Below the pieces are notes generated by a model. The model did not search any database and was not told where the DNA came from. It saw only the letters and a program-made list of their open reading frames with translations. A stretch of DNA of 64,000 bases, taken from the NCBI RefSeq assembly GCF_009914755.1, contig NC_060938.1; one strand, written 5' to 3'. A program made the position numbers and the translations under genes. This document shows positions 29,201 to 42,900 of this stretch, one piece after another. The stretch is from the human T2T-CHM13v2.0 reference genome, Homo sapiens. The first letter of the stretch is position 1; each line of letters begins with the position of its first letter.

Positions 29201-31022
29201 GATTCCATTCCATTCCATTCCATTCCATTCCATTTGATTCCATACCATTCCATTCCATTCCATACCATTCCATTTCATTCCACTCGGTTTAAATGAATTC
29301 CAGTCTATTCCATTCCATTCCATTCCATTCCATTCCATTCCATTCCATTCCATTCCATTCCGCTCGTGTTCATTCAATTCCATTCTATTCCATTCCATTC
29401 CATTCCATTCCATTCCATTCCATTCCATTCCATTCCATTCGGGTTGATTCAATTCCATTCTATACCATTCCATTCCATTCCATTCCATTCCATTTCGTTC
29501 AATTCCGCTCGAGTTGATTCAATTCCATTCTATTCCATTCCATTCCATTCCATTCTACTCTGGGGGGTTCCATTACTTTCCTTTCCATTCGATTCCATTC
29601 CATTCCATTCTATTCCATTCCATTCCATTCCATTCTACTCTGGTGGGTTCCATTACATTCCTTTGCATTCGATTCCATTCCATTCCATTCCATTCCATTC
29701 CTTTCCATTCCATTCCATTCCATTCCATTCCATTCCATTTCACTGAATTCCCTTCCTTTCCATTCCATTCCATTTAATTCCACTCGGGATGATTCATTTC
29801 CATTCCATTCCATTCCATTCCATTCCTTTGCATTCCATTCCATTCCATTCCATTCCATTCCACTGAATTCCCTTCCTTTCCATTCCAGTCCATTTAATTC
29901 CACTCGGGATGATTCATTTCCATTCCATTCCATTCCATTCCATTCCTTTCCATTCAATTCCATTGCGTTACATTCAGCTCGGGTTGATTCAATTCCATTC
30001 TATTCCATTCCATTCCATTCCATTCTACTCGGGTAGATTCCATTACTTTCATTTCCATTCGATTCCATTCCATTCCATTCCACTCCATTCCCTTCCTTTC
30101 GTTCCATTCCAATTCTATTCCATTACACTCAATAACATTCCATTCCATTCCATTCCATTCCATTCAATTCCATTCCATTCCATTCCATTCCATACTATTC
30201 CATCCCATTCCACTCGGTGTTGATTCAAATCCATGCTATTCCATCCCATTCCATTACATTACATTCCACTCGAGTTGATTCAATTCCATTCTATTCCCTT
30301 CCATTCCATTCCACTCCATTCCCTTCCATTCCATTCCACTCAGGTTAATTTAATTCAATTCTATTCCGTTCCATTCCATTCCATTCCTTTACACTCGGGT
30401 TGATTCAATTCCACTCCCTTGTATTTCACTACGTTCCATTCCATTCCATTCAATTCCATGGATTCCATTCGTGTTGATTCCATTCCATTACATTCCATTA
30501 CATTCCTTTCCTTTCCATTCCCTTCCATTCCATTCCACTGCACTCCATTCCATTCCATTCCGTTACATTCCATTCCCTTCAAATCCACAAGGGAGTTGAT
30601 TTAATTCCATTCTATTCCATTCTATTCCATTGTATTCCATTCCATTCCATTCCATTCCGTTCTATTCCACTGAATTCCCTTCCTTTCCATTCCATTCCAT
30701 TTAATTCCACTCGGGATGATTCATTTCCATTGAATTCCATTCCATTCCATTCCTTTCCCCTCGGGTTGATTCAATTCCATTCTACTCCATTCCATTCCAT
30801 TCCATTCGGGTTGCTTCAATTCCCTTCTATGCCATTCCATTCCATTCCATTCCATTCCTTTCCATTCAATTCCATTGCGTTCCATTCAGCTCGGGTTCAT
30901 ACAATTCCATTCTATTCCATTCCATTCCATTCCATTCTACTCGGGTGGATTCCATTACTTTCATTTCCATTCGATTCCATTCCATTCCATTCCACTCCAT
31001 TCCCTTCCTTTCGTTCCATTCC
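8261..31022 (+). repeat. Five tandem ~4.5-4.6 kb higher-order repeat units (homogeneous core)
   Basis: The once-per-unit landmark AATGAAACCCACTCGGG occurs at 8261, 12845, 17428, 21991, 26475 and 31023 (spacings 4584, 4583, 4563, 4484, 4548). The ORF track agrees, with near-identical 77-aa pseudo-ORFs at 8104, 12688, 17271, 21834, 26318 and 30866. Confidence 0.92.
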
Positions 31023-34000
31023 AATGAAACCCACTCGGGTTGATTCCATTCCATTCCATCCCATTCCATTGCACTCCATTCCATTCCGTTCCTTTCCACT
31101 CGGGTTGATTCAATTCCATTCTATTCCATTCCATCGCATTCCATTACAATCGATTCCATTCCACACGGGTTGATTCAATTCTGTTCTATTCCATTGCATT
31201 CCATTTACCCCCATTGCATTCCATTCCATTCCATTCCATTCCATTCCACTAGGGTGATTCCATTCATTTCTATTCCATTCCATTCCATTCCATTCAATTC
31301 CACTCCGGTTGACTCAATTCCATTATATTGAATTCCATTCCATTCCATTCCATTCCATTCAATTCCTCTCGGGTTGAGTCGTTTCCATTCTGTTCCATTC
31401 CCATCCATTCCTTTCCATTCCATTCCATTCAATTCCTCTCGGGTTGAGTCGATTCCATTCTGTTCCATTCCATTCCATTCCGATCCACTCGGGTTGATTA
31501 AATACCATTATATTCCATTCCATTCCATTCCATTCCATTCCATTCCATTCCATTCCATTCCATACCATTCCATTCCATTAAACTCGGTTTAAATGAATTC
31601 CAGTCTATTCCATTCCAATCAATTCCATTCCATTTCATTCCACTCGGGTTAGTTGCATTTCATTCCGTTCCATTCCATTCCATTCCATTATATTCCATTC
31701 CACTCGGGTTGATTCAATTCCATTCTATTCCATTCCATTCAATTCCATTCCATTCCATTCCATTCCATACCATTCCATCCCATTCCACTCGGTGTTGATT
31801 CAAATCCATGCTATTCCATCCCATTCCATTACTTTACATTCCACTCGAGTTGATTCAATTCCATTCTATTCCCTTTCATTCCATTCCACTCCATTCCCTT
31901 CCATTCCATTCCACTCAGGTTAATTTAATTCAATTCTATTCCGTTCCATTCCATTCCATTCCTTTACACTCGGGTTGATTCAATTCCACTCCCTTGTATT
32001 TCACTACGTTCCATTCCATTCCATTCAATTCCATGGATTCCATTCGTGTTGATTCCATTCCATTACATTCCATTACATTCCTTTCCTTTCCATTCCCTTC
32101 CATTTCATTCCACTGCACTCCATTCCATTCCATTCCATTAAATTCCATTCCCTTTTATTCCACAAGGGAGTTGATTTAATTCCATTCTATTCTATTCTAT
32201 TCCATTGTATTCCATTCCATTCCATTCCATTCCGTTCTATTCCACTCCATTCCATTCCTTTCCATTCCATTCCATTCCATTCCATATCACGTGGGTTGAT
32301 TCAATTCCATTCTATTCCATTGCATTCCATTCCATTCCATTCCATTTCATTCCCTTCAATTCCACTCGGGTTGATTCAATTCCGTTCTATTCTACTCCAT
32401 TCCATTCCTTTCAATTCCATTCCACTTGGGTTGATTCAATTCCTTTCTATTCCACTCCATTCCATTAAATTCGATTCCATTCCATTCGATTCCCCTCCAT
32501 TCCATTCCATTCCACAGGGGTTGATTCAATTCCTATCTGTTCCATTCCAGTCCTTTCCATTCAATTCCATTCCATTCCATTCGATTCCACTCCATTCATT
32601 TCCTTTCCATTCCATTCCATTCCATTCCATCCCATCCCATTCTCTTCCACTCGGGGTTGATTCAAATCCATTCTATTCCATTCCATTCTATTCCATTCCA
32701 TTCCATTCTACTCGGGTATATTCAATTGCATTCTGTTGTATTCCATTCCATTCCATTCCATTCCATTCCATTCCATTCCATTCCATTCCATTCCACTCCA
32801 TTCCACTCATGTTAATGCAATTCATTTCTATTCCATTCCATTCCATTCCATTCCATTCCACTCCATTCCTTTCGGTTTGATTCCATTCCATTCTATTCAA
32901 TTACATTCCTTTCCGTTCCATACCATTCCATTCCATTGCATTACACTTGGGTTTATTCAGTTGCATTCTATTCCAATCCATTTCATTCCATTCTATTCCA
33001 TTCCATTCCATTCCACTCGGGTTGATTCCATTCAATTCTTTTCTATTCCATTCCTTTCCAATCGAGCAGTTTCAATTCCATTCTATACCACTCCATTCCA
33101 TTTCATTCAATTCCATTCCATTCCATTCTATTCCACTCTGGGTGACTCAATTCCAGTATATTCTATTCCATTCCATTCAATTCCATTCCTCTCAGGTTGA
33201 TTCGATTCCGTTGTTTTCCATTCCATTCCATTCCATTCCACTCGGGTTGATTAAATACCATTATACTCCATCCGATTCCACTCCATTCCATTCCATTCCA
33301 TTCCATTCCATACCATTCCATTCCATTCCACTCGGTTTAAATGAATTGCAGTCTATTCCATTCCATTCCATGCCATTCCATGCAACTCCATTCCATTCCA
33401 CTCGGGTTGATTCAATTCCATTCTAATACATTCCATTCCATTCCATTCCATTCCATTCCATTCCATTCCATTCCATTCCATTCGGGTTGATTCAATTCCA
33501 TTCTATACCATTCCATTCCATTCCATTCCATTCCATTCCATTTCGTTCAATTCCGCTCGAGTTGATTCAATTCCATTGTATTCCATTCCATTCCATTCCA
33601 TTTTACTCTGGTGGGTTCCATTACTTTACTTTCCATTCGATTCCATTCCATTCCATTCCATTCCATTCCATTCCATACCATTCCATTCCATTCCACTCGG
33701 TTTAAATGAATTCCAGTCTATTCCATTCCATTCCATTCCATTGCATTCCATTCCATTCCATTCCATTCCATGCCAATCCATTCCATTCCACTCGGGTTGA
33801 TTCAATTCCATTCTAATACATTCCATTCCTTTCCATTCCATTCCATTCCATTCCGCTCGTGTTCATTCAATTCCATTCTATTCCATTCCATTCCATTCCA
33901 TTCCATTCCATTCCATTCCATTCCATTCGGGTTGATTCAATTCCATTCTATACCATTCCATTCCATTCCATTCCATTCCATTCCATTTCGTTCAATTCCG

Positions 34001-37000
34001 CTCGAGTTGATTCAATTCCATTCTATTCCATTCCATTCCATTCCATTCCATTCTACTCTGGTGGGTTCCATTAATTTCCTTTCCATTCGATTCCATTCCA
34101 TTCCATTCTATTCCATTCCATTCCATTCCATTCTACTGTGGTGGGTTCCATTACTTTCCTTTCCATTCGATTCCATTCGATTCCATTCGATTCCATTCCA
34201 TTCCATTCCATTCCATTCCATTCCATTCCATTCCACTGAATTCCCTTCCTTTCCATTCCATTCCATTTAATTCCACTCGGGATGATTCATTTCCATTGAA
34301 TTCCATTCCATTCCATTCCTTTCCCCTCGGGTTGATTCAATTCCATTCTACTCCATTCCATTCCATTCCATTCCATTCCATTCCATTCCATTCCATTCCA
34401 TTCCATTCCGCTCGTGTTCATTCAATTCCATTCTATTCCATTCCATTCCATTCCTTTGCATTCCATTCCATTCCATTCCATTCCATTCCATTCCATTCCA
34501 TTCGGGTTGATTCAATTCCATTCTATGCCATTACTTTCCATTCCATTCCATTCCTTTCCATTCAATTCCATTGCGTTCCATTCAGCTCGGGTTCATTCAA
34601 TTCCATTCTATTCCATTCCATTCCATTCCATTCTACTCGGGTGGATTCCATTACTTTCATTTCCATTCGATTCCATTCCATTCCATTCCACTCCATTCCC
34701 TTCCTTTCGTTCCATTCCAATGAAACCCACTCGGGTTGATTCCATTCCATTCCATTCCACTCCATTCCATTCCGTTCCTTTCCACTCGGGTTGATTTAAT
34801 TCCATTCCATTCCATTCTAATCGATTCCATTCCACACGGGTTGATTCAATTCTGTTCTATTCCATTGCATTCCATTTACATCCATTGCATTCCATTCCAT
34901 TCCATTCCACTAGGGTTGATTCCATTCATTTCTATTCCATTCCATTCCATTCCATTCCATTCAATTCCACTCCGGTTGACTCAATTCCATTATATTGAAT
35001 TCCATTCCATTCCACTCCATTCCATTCCATTCAATTCCTCTCGGGTTGAGTCGATTCCATTCTGTTCCATTCCATTCCATTCCATTCCATTCCGATCCAC
35101 TCGGGTTGATTAAATACCATTATATTCCATTCCATTCCATTCCATTCCATTCCATTCCATTCCATTGCATTCCATTCCATACCATTCCATTCCATTAAAC
35201 TCGGTTTAAATGAATTGCAGTCTATTCCATTCCAATCAATTCCATTCCATTCCATTCCACTCGGGTTAGTTGCATTTCATTCCATTCCATTCCACTCCAT
35301 TCCATTATATTCCATTCCACTCGGGTTGATTCAATTCCATTCTATTCCATTCCATTCAATTACATTCCATTCCTTTCCATTCCATACCATTCCATCCCAT
35401 TCCACTCGGTGTTGATTCAAATCCATGCTATTCCATCCCATTCCATTACATTACATTCCACTCGAGTTGATTCAATTCCATTCTATTCCCTTCCATTCCA
35501 TTCCATTCCATTCCATTCCACTCCATTCCACTCATGTTAATGCAATTCATTTCTATTCCATTCCATTCCATTCCATTCCATTCCACTCCATTCCTTTCGG
35601 TTTGATTCCATTCCATTCTATTCAATTACATTCCTTTCCGTTCCATACCATTCCATTCCATTGCATTACACTTGGGTTTATTCAGTTGCATTCTATTCCA
35701 TTCCATTTCATTCCATTCTATTCCATTCCATTCCATTCCACTCGGGTTGATTCCATTCAATTCCATTCCATTCCATTCTATTCCAATCGAGCAGTTTCAA
35801 TTCCATTCTATACCACTCCATTCCATTTCATTCAATTCCATTCCATTCCATTCTATTCCACTCTGGGTGACTCAATTCCATTATATTCTATTCCATTCCA
35901 TTCAATTGCATTCCTCTCAGCTTGATTCGATTCCGTTGTTTTCCAATCCATTCCATTCCATTCCATTCCATTCCATTCCATTCCACTCGGGTTGATTAAA
36001 TACCATTATATTCCATTCGATTCCACTCCATTCCATTCCATTCCATTCCATTCCATTCCATTCCATTTCATTCCATACCATTCCATTCCATTCCATACCA
36101 TTCCATTCCATTCCACTCGGTTTAAAGGAATTCCATTCTATTCCATTCCATTCCATGCCATTCCATGCAACTCCATTCCATTCCACTCGGGTTGATTCAA
36201 TTCCATTCTAATACATTCCATTCCATTCCATTCCATTCCATTCCATTCCATTCGGGTTGATTCAATTCCATTCTATACCATTCCATTCCATTCCATTCCA
36301 TTCCATTCCATTTCGTTCACTTCCGCTCAAGTTGATTCATTTCCATTCTATTCCATTCCATTCCATTCCATTCTACTCTGGTGGGTTCCATTACTTTCCT
36401 TTCCATTCGATTCCATTCCATTCCATTCCATTCCATTCCATTCCATTCCATTCCATTCCATTCTACTCTGTTGGGATCCATTACTTTCCTTTCCATTCGA
36501 TTCCATTCCATTCGATTCCATTCCATTCCATTCCATTCCATTTGTTTCCATACCATTCCATTCCATTCCATACCATTCCATTCCATTCCACTCGGTTTAA
36601 ATGAATTCCAGTCTATTCCATTCCATTCCATTCCATTCCATTCCATTCCATTCCATTCCATTCCGCTCGTGTTCATTCAATTCCATTCTATTCCATTCCA
36701 TTCCATTCCATTCCATTCCATTCGGGTGATTGAATTCCATTCTATACCAATCCATTCCATTCCATTCCATTCCGTTTCGTTCAATTCCGCTCGAGTTGAT
36801 TCAATTCCATTGTATTCCATTCCATTCCATTCCATTCTACTCTGGAGGGTTCCATTACTTTCCTTTCCATTCGATTCCATTCCATTCCATTCTATTCCAT
36901 TCCATTCCATTCCATTCTACTCTGGTGGGTTCCTTTACTTTCCTTTCCATTCGATTCCTTTCGATTCCATTCCATTCCATTCCATTCCATTCCACTGAAT

Positions 37001-39575
37001 TCCCTTCCTTTCCATTCCATTCCATTTAATTCCAATCGGGATGATTCATTTCCATTGAATTCCATTCCATTCCATTCCTTTCCCCTCGGGTTGATTCAAT
37101 TCCATTCTACTCCATTCCATTCCATTCCATTCCATTCCATTCCATTCCATTCCGCTCGTGTTCATTCAATTCCATTCTATTCCATTCCATTCCATTCCTT
37201 TCCATTCCATTCCATTCCATTCCATTCGGGTTGATTCAATTCCATTCTATGCCATTACTTTCCATTCCATTCCATTCCTTTCCATTCAATACCATTGCGT
37301 TCCATTCAGCTCGGGTTCATTCAATTCCATTCTATTCCATTCCATTCCATTCCATTCTACTCGGGTGGATTCCATTACTTTCATTTCCATTCGATTCCAT
37401 TCCATTCCATTCCACTCCATTCCCTTCCTTTCGTTCCATTCCAATGAAAGCCACTCGGGTTGATTCCATTCCATTCCATTCCATTTCATTCCATTCCACT
37501 CCATTCCATTCCGTTCCTTTCCACTCGGGTTGATTCAATTCCATTCTATTCCATTCCATTCCATTCCATTCCAATCGATTCCATTCCACACGTGTTGATT
37601 CAATTCTGTTTTATTCCATTGCATTCCATTTGTCTCCATTGCATTCCATTCCATTCCATTCCGTTCAATTCCACTAGGGTTGATTCCATTCATTTCTATT
37701 CCATTCCTTTCCATTCCATTCCATTCAATTCCACTCCGGTTGACTCAATTCCATTATATTGAATTCCATTCCATTCCATTCCATTCCATTCAATTCCTTT
37801 CGGGTTGATTCGATTCCATTCTGTTCCATTCCATTCCATTCCGATCCACTCGGGTTGATTAAATACCATTATATTCCATTCCATTCCATTCCATTCCATT
37901 CCATTCCATTCCATTCCATTCCATACCATTCCATTCCATTAAACTCGGTTTAAATGAATTCCAGTCTATTCCATTCCAATCAATTCCATTCCATTCCATT
38001 CCACTCGGGTTAGTTGCATTTCATTCCATTCCATTCCATTCCATTCCATTATATTCCATTCCACTCGGGTTGATTCAATTCCATTCTATTCCATTCCATT
38101 CAATTACATTCCATTCCTTTCCATTCCATACCATTCCATCCCATTCCACTCGGTATTGATTCAAATCCATGCTATTCCATCCCATTCCATTACATTACAT
38201 TCCACTCGAGTTGATTCAATTCCATTCTATTCCCTTCCATTCCATTCCACTCCATTCCCTTCCATTCCATTCCACTCAGGTTAATTTAATTCAATTCTAT
38301 TCCGTTCCATTCCATTCCATTCCTTTACACTCGGGTTGATTCAATTCCACTCCCTTGTATTTCACTACGTTCCATTCCATTCCATTCAATTCCATTGATT
38401 CCATTCGTGTTGATTCCATTCCATTACATTCCATTACATTCCTTTCCTTTCCATTCCCTTCCATTCCATTCCACTGCACTCCATTCTATTCCATTCCGTT
38501 AAATTTCATTCCCTTTTATTCCACAATGGAGTTGATTTAATTCCATTCTATTCTATTCTATTCCATTGTATTCTATTACATTCCATTCCATTCCGTTCTA
38601 TTCCACTCCATTCCATTCCTTTCCATTCCATTCCATTCAATTCCATACCACGTGGGTTGATTCAATTCCATTCTATTCCATTGCATTCCATTCCATTCCA
38701 TTCCATTTCATTCCCTTCAATTCCACTCGGGTTGATTCAATTCCATTCTATTCTACTCCATTCCATTCCTTTCAATTCCATTCCACTTGGGTTGATTCAA
38801 TTCCTTTCTATTCCACTCCATTCCATTAAATTCGATTCCATTCCATTCGATTCCCCTCCATTCCATTCCATTCCACAGGGGTTGATTCAATTCCTATCTG
38901 TTCCATTCCAGTCCTTTCCATTCAATTCCATTCCATTCCATTCCATTCCACTCCATTCATTTCCTTTCCATTCCATTCCATTCCATTCCATCCCATCCCA
39001 TTCTGTTCCACTCGGGGTTGATTCAAATCCATTCTATTCCATTCCATTCTATTCCATTCCATTCCATTCTACTCGGGTATATTCAATTGCATTCTGTTGT
39101 ATTCCATTCCATTCCATTCCATTCCATTCCACTCCATTCCACTCATGTTAATGCAATTCATTTCTATTCCATTCCATTCCATTCCATTCCATTCCACTCC
39201 ATTCCTTTCGGTTTGATTCCATTCCATTGTATTCAATTACATTCCTTTCCGTTCCATACCATTCCATTCTATTGCATTCCACTTGGGTTTATTCAGTTGC
39301 ATTCTATTCCATTCCATTTCATTCCATTCTATTCCATTCCATTCCATTCCACTCGGGTTGATTCCATTCAATTCTATTCCATTCCATTCCATTCCAATCG
39401 AGCAGTTTCAATTCCATTCTATACCACTCCATTCCATTTCATTCAATTCCATTCCATTCCATTCTATTCCACTCTGGGTGATTCAATTCCATTATATTCT
39501 ATTCCATTCCATTCAATTCCATTCCTCTCAGGGTGATTCGATTCCGTTGTTTTCCATTCCATTCCATTACATTCC

Positions 39576-39900
39576 ACTCGGGTTGATTAAATACCATTAT
39601 ATTCCATTCGATTCCACTCCATTCCATTCCATTCCATTCCATTCCATTCCATTTCATTCCATACCATTCCATTTCATTCCATACCATTCCATTCCATTCC
39701 ACTCGGTTTAAATGAATTCCAGTCTATTCCATTCCATTCCACTCGGGTTGATTAAATACCATTATATTCCATTCGATTCCACTCCATTCCATTCCATTCC
39801 ATTCCATTCCATTCCATTTCATTCCATACCATTCCATTCCATTCCATACCATTCCATTCCATTCCACTCGGTTTAAATGAATTCCAGTCTATTCCATTCC
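39576..39900 (+). repeat. Local 165-bp tandem duplication within a unit
   Basis: ACTCGGGTTGATTAAATACCATTATA occurs at 39576 and 39741, and ACTCGGTTTAAATGAATTCCAGTC at 39701 and 39866. Other units have one copy at this position. Confidence 0.85.
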
Positions 39901-42900
39901 ATTCCTTGCCATTCCATGCAACTCCATTCCATTCCACTCGGGTTGATTCAATTCCATTCTAATACATTCCATTCCATTCCATTCCATTCCATTCCATTCC
40001 ATTCCATTCCATTCCGGTTGATTCAATTCCATTCTATACCATTCCATTCCATTCCATTCCATTCCATTCCATTCCATTCCATTTCGTTCATTTCTGCTCG
40101 AGTTGATTCAATTCCATTCTATTCCATTCCATTCCATTCTACTCTGGTGGGTTCCATTACTTTCCTTTCCATTCCATTCCATTCCATTCGATTCCATTCC
40201 ATTGCATTCCTTTCCATTCCATTCCATTCCATTCCATTCCATTCCATTTGATTCCATACCATTCCATTCCATTCCATACCATTCCATTCCATTCCACTCG
40301 GTTTAAATGAATTCCTGTCTATTCCATTCCATTCCATTCCATTCCATTCCATTCCATTCCATTCCATGCCAATCCATTCCATTCCACTCGGGTTGATTCA
40401 ATTCCATTCTAATACTTTCCATTCCATTCCATTCCATTCCATTCCGCTCGTGTTCATTCAATTCCATTCTATTCCATTCCATTCCATTCCATTCCATTCC
40501 ATTCCATTCCATTCCATTCCATTCCATTCGGGTTGATTCAATTCCATTCTATACCATTCCATTCCATTCCATTCCATTCCATTTCGTTCAATTCCGCTCG
40601 AGTTGATTCAATTCCATTCTATTCCATTCCATTCCATTCCATTCTACTGTGGTGGGTTCCATTACTTTCCTTTCCATTCGATTCCATTCCATTCCATTCT
40701 ATTCCATTCCATTCCATTCCATTCTACTCTGGTGGGTTCCTTTACTTTCCTTTCCATTCGATTCCTTTCGATTCCATTCCATTCCATTCCATTCCATTCC
40801 ATTCCACTGAATTCCCTTCCTTTCCATTCCATTCCATTTAATTCCACTCGGGATGATTCATTTCCATTGAATTCCATTCTATTCCATTCCTTTCCCCTCG
40901 GGTTGATTCAATTCCATTCTACTCTATTCCATTCCATTCCATTCCATTCCATTCCATTCCCTTCCGCTCGTGTTCATTCAATTCCATTCTATTCCATGAT
41001 ATTCGATTCCTTTCCATTCCATTCCATTCCATTCCATTCGGGTTGATTCAATTCCATTCTATGCCATTACTTTCCATTCCATTCCATTCCTTTCCATTCA
41101 ATACCATTGCGTTCCATTCAGCTCGGGTTCATTCAATTCCATTCAATTCCATTCCATTCCATTCCATTCTACTCGGGTGGATTCCATTACTTTCATTTCC
41201 ATTTGATTCCATTCCTTTCCATTCCACTCCATTCCCTTCCTTTCTTTCCATTCCAATGAAACCCACTCGGGTTGATTCCATTCCATTCCATTCCATTCCA
41301 TTCCATTCCATTCCACTCCATTCCATTCCGTTCCTTTCCACTCGGGTTGATTCAATTCCATTCTATTCCATTCCATTCCATTCCATTCCAATGGATTACA
41401 TTCCACACGTGTTGATTCAATTCTGTTTTATTCCATTGCATTCCATTTACCTCCATTGCATTCCATTCCATTCCATTCCATTCCATTCAATTCCTCTCGG
41501 GTTGAGTCGATTCCGTTCTGTTCCATTCCATTCCATTCCATTCCATTCCGATCCACTCAGGTTGATTAAATATCATTATATTCCATTCCATTCCATTCCA
41601 TTCCATTCCATTCCATTCCATTCCATACCATTCCATTCCATTAAACTCGGTTTAAATGAATTCCAGTCTATTCCATTCCACTCAATTCCATTCCATTCCA
41701 TTCCACTCGGGTTAGTTGCATTCCATTCCATTCCATTCCATTCCATTCCATTATATTCCATTCCACTCGGGTTGATTCAATACCATTCTATTCAATTGCA
41801 TTCAATTACATTCCATTCCATTCCATTCCATACCATTCCATCCCATTCCACTCGGTGTTGATTCAAATCCATGCTATTCCATTCCATTCCATTACATTAC
41901 ATTCCACTCGAGTTGATTCAATTCCATTCTATTCCCTTCCATTCCATTCCACTCCATTCCCTTCCATTCCATTCCACTCAGGTTAATTTAATTCCATTCT
42001 ATTCCGTTCCATTCCATTCCATTCCTTTACACTCGGGTTGATTCAATTCCACTCCGTTGTATTTCACTACGTTCCATTCCATTCCATTCAATTCCATTGA
42101 TTCCATTCGTGTTGATTCCATTCCATTACATTCCATTACATTCCTTTCCTTTCCATTCCCTTCCATTCCATTCAACTGCACTCCATTCCATTCCATTCCG
42201 TTAAATTCCATTCCCTTTTATTCCACAAGGGAGTTGATTTAATTCCATTCTATTCTATTCTATTCCATTGTATTCCATTCCATTCCATTCCATTCCGTTC
42301 TATTCCACTCTATTCCATTCCTTTCCATTCCATTCCATTCCATTCCATACCACGTGGGTTGATTCAATTCCATTCTATTCCATTGCATTCCATTCCATTC
42401 CATTCCATTTCATTCCCTTCAATTCCACTCGGGTTGATTCAATTCCGTTCTATTCTACTCCATTCCATTCCTTTCAATTCCATTCCACTTGGGTTGATTC
42501 AATTCCTTTCTATTCCACTCCATTCCGTTAAATTCGATTCCATTCCATTCGATTCCCCTCCATTCCATTCCATTCCACAGGGGTTGATTCAATTCCTATC
42601 TGTTCCATTCCAGTCCTTTCCATTCAATTCCATTCCATTCCATTCGATTCCACTCCATTCATTTCCTTTCCATTCCATTCCATTCCATTCCATCCCATCC
42701 CATTCTGTTCCACTCGGGGTTGATTCAAATCCATTCTATTCCATTCCATTCTATTTCATTCCTTTCCATTCTCCTCGGGTATATTCAATTGCATTCTGTT
42801 GTATTCCATTCCATTCCATTCCATTCCACTCCATTCCATTCCATTCCACTCCATTCCACTCATGTTAATGCAATTCATTTCTATTCCATTCCATTCCATT

